Assembly (NCBI GenBank): GCA_052426225.1
Contig: JBNJNM010000012.1
Coordinates: 2,294,001-2,358,000, forward strand
Length of the DNA: 64,000 nt
Direction: 5' to 3'
From: Zancudomyces culisetae HAW-14-8
Taxonomy: Eukaryota > Fungi > Kickxellomycota
The position numbers were made by a program, and so were the translations under genes. Positions within the stretch are counted from its first letter, which is position 1. Every line of letters starts with the position of its first letter. A model generated the notes under the pieces. It was given only the letters and a program-made list of their open reading frames with translations, made no database searches and had not been told where the DNA came from. Below are positions 62,340-64,000 of the stretch, one piece after another.

Positions 62340-63341
62340 TAATATCTCGATTGTCATTTAAACGCCAAGAAAAGATAGATGTGTATATTTACATCTCACT
62401 TACTCTTGGCAAAAAGAAGTGATTGTAGCTATTTGACACTTTGACTTTATCCCAAAGTTGCCTTTCTGAACATTTAGTGATTTGGCTAACAAAGACGCAA
62501 TAATATTGAACTGTAACATCATTAGCTTTCATCACATAGATTTTTGTATAATGACACGTTTTATCATTGTCATACCTACAAGACGTATCATCGTTTGCAT
62601 TGCCTTCCGTTTCCAATTTATTTCTGTTAATTTGTTTCCGTTAATCTGTTTTCCGGAAACAGGAATATCATCTCCAGCCATTTACTCGTCTTTTAAATTA
62701 GCCCCCATTGGGGTAATATTCTAAATCCATTAATTGGCTATGAACGATTATTGGACAGCTTGGTTTGCACATTTATGAGCATTGAAAAAGCCTAGTGTTA
62801 TTGCGGATAGGGTTTTTTTTTTTTTTGCTAAATTTGCAAATTAAACTCAAGCCAATGTATCATCGGTTTTATTAATTCAGTTGTCTTTCGCTTGCGTAAT
62901 ACTTGCTTGTTGACTTGAAAATTTTTTTTTGAGGGCTGTTTGTTTTTTGGTGGCATATTTCTTTTTTTTTTGAAGGCTTATTATGTTTGAAAAAAATGCG
63001 AGAAAATTAAATTGCCTTTATAAAGCACATGTAATCAGATAACAAGAATAAATCCATTATTCTCAAACAAGTTCAAACAACTATATTAATTTTACAATAT
63101 CAAGGTATTTGTAGATAGGCTTCTATTGTAAGAATACCGTTTCTAGTCTATTCTTTATGTTTATAGTTGAAGAGTCGAATACCTCATCTATACTACCTAC
63201 TATTCTATTACTACCAAGCAACAAGGAAAACCACCACAAAGTATAAAACACAAAACACAAAACATTTTATATTTTATATACAGTACAGAATAAAACAATA
63301 AAGATATCATAAACAACCACAACAACAACTATTACAAAAAA

Positions 63342-64000
63342 ATGACACACATTCCAAGCAGTATGGATTTTATGAAAGCGACAAACGATGCAATAAAACA
63401 ACTTCATAGAGTCAGCGAAAACATCTTACGGTGCTCAGAAAGAATAGAAAAGGATCCGAAACCTTTCCAGGATGCGCTCTCAATATTATACAAAGTCAAC
63501 AAAACTCCAGGCTCCAAAGTCGTGATAACTGGTGTAGGAAAATCCGCAAAGATAGGTGAAAAGATGGCTGCCACACTGACTAGCACGGGAACAATAGCTG
63601 TTATGATGCACTCAACCGAAGCCTACCATGGTGACCTGGGTCTTATTAGGCCGGGCGATTGTGTTATCGCTATAAGTAATTCAGGAAAGACTGAAGAATT
63701 GCTTGGCGTTGTCCACGCAATAAAAAGGAGCTATTTATCTTCTACGCTTGATGGATTCTGCGAGAATAGGCTTTCAGACTCAGACCCATGCAAGAGCCCT
63801 CATTTAAATATGACTAACAACTATGATAGTGGCACCACCTCGGAGACATTAGAATGTATAGAATGTCAAAATAAAGACATTGTCGAGTGTGCACCCCCAG
63901 CTTGTTCTGAACCCACATTTGGTTGTTCGGTCAAAATAATTGCACTTTGTGGAGACGGAAATTCGCCACTGGTTCAATTTTCCGACGTTTGGATCGACGT
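63342..64000 (+). CDS. SIS-domain sugar-phosphate isomerase, KpsF/GutQ/KdsD-like (3' truncated by window)
   Basis: Open frame from ATG 63342 to the window end. Motifs VVITGVGKS, KMAATLTSTG, HSTEAYHGDLG, ISNSGKTEEL and IIALCGDGNSPL. Confidence 0.9.
   Translation, partial: MTHIPSSMDFMKATNDAIKQLHRVSENILRCSERIEKDPKPFQDALSILYKVNKTPGSKVVITGVGKSAKIGEKMAATLTSTGTIAVMMHSTEAYHGDLGLIRPGDCVIAISNSGKTEELLGVVHAIKRSYLSSTLDGFCENRLSDSDPCKSPHLNMTNNYDSGTTSETLECIECQNKDIVECAPPACSEPTFGCSVKIIALCGDGNSPLVQFSDVWID

Noticed and set aside
63342-64000. Recent bacterial HGT or contamination for the KpsF-like gene
   Set aside because: Its composition matches the neighbouring genes, it has a fungal-style A/C-rich leader, and SIS-only homologs are known in fungi.
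1-64000. CRISPR arrays, tRNA/rRNA genes, transposons
   Set aside because: No repeat-spacer arrays, tRNA T-loop or cloverleaf, rRNA, or transposase/RT ORFs were seen by eye.

Overview
AT-rich, intron-containing eukaryotic DNA from a fungus. It is most likely an early-diverging lineage, because it has a DET1 gene and an SRP RNA with a full Alu domain. Zoopagomycota such as Harpellales is a guess I cannot verify. About 21 protein-coding genes or candidates were reconstructed by hand using GT-AG introns. These include a D-2-hydroxyacid dehydrogenase, a SAPS-like giant protein, ARMC8/Gid5, mL58, GAR1, neutral trehalase, NudC, an Ecl1-like protein, a 9-exon pyrophosphatase, SLA2, a mitochondrial RRM protein, a COG0523 zinc GTPase, PI-PLC, a TPR/F-box/LRR Dia2-like protein, DET1 and a truncated KpsF/GutQ SIS isomerase. 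An SRP RNA gene lies at about 320-587 (-). The most interesting signals are: (1) a head-to-head pair of diverged, intronless, 4-Cys orphan secreted paralogs plus a third orphan (46049-49692); (2) a structured non-coding locus at about 58250-58950 with a telomerase-RNA-like CUAACCCU template next to a boundary-type hairpin; (3) a D2HGDH homolog whose distal-carboxylate pocket is rewired; and (4) a saw-tooth G/C strand skew that ignores gene orientation. No transposon, tRNA, rRNA or CRISPR array was seen. All calls are by eye, with no database searches or folding programs run.
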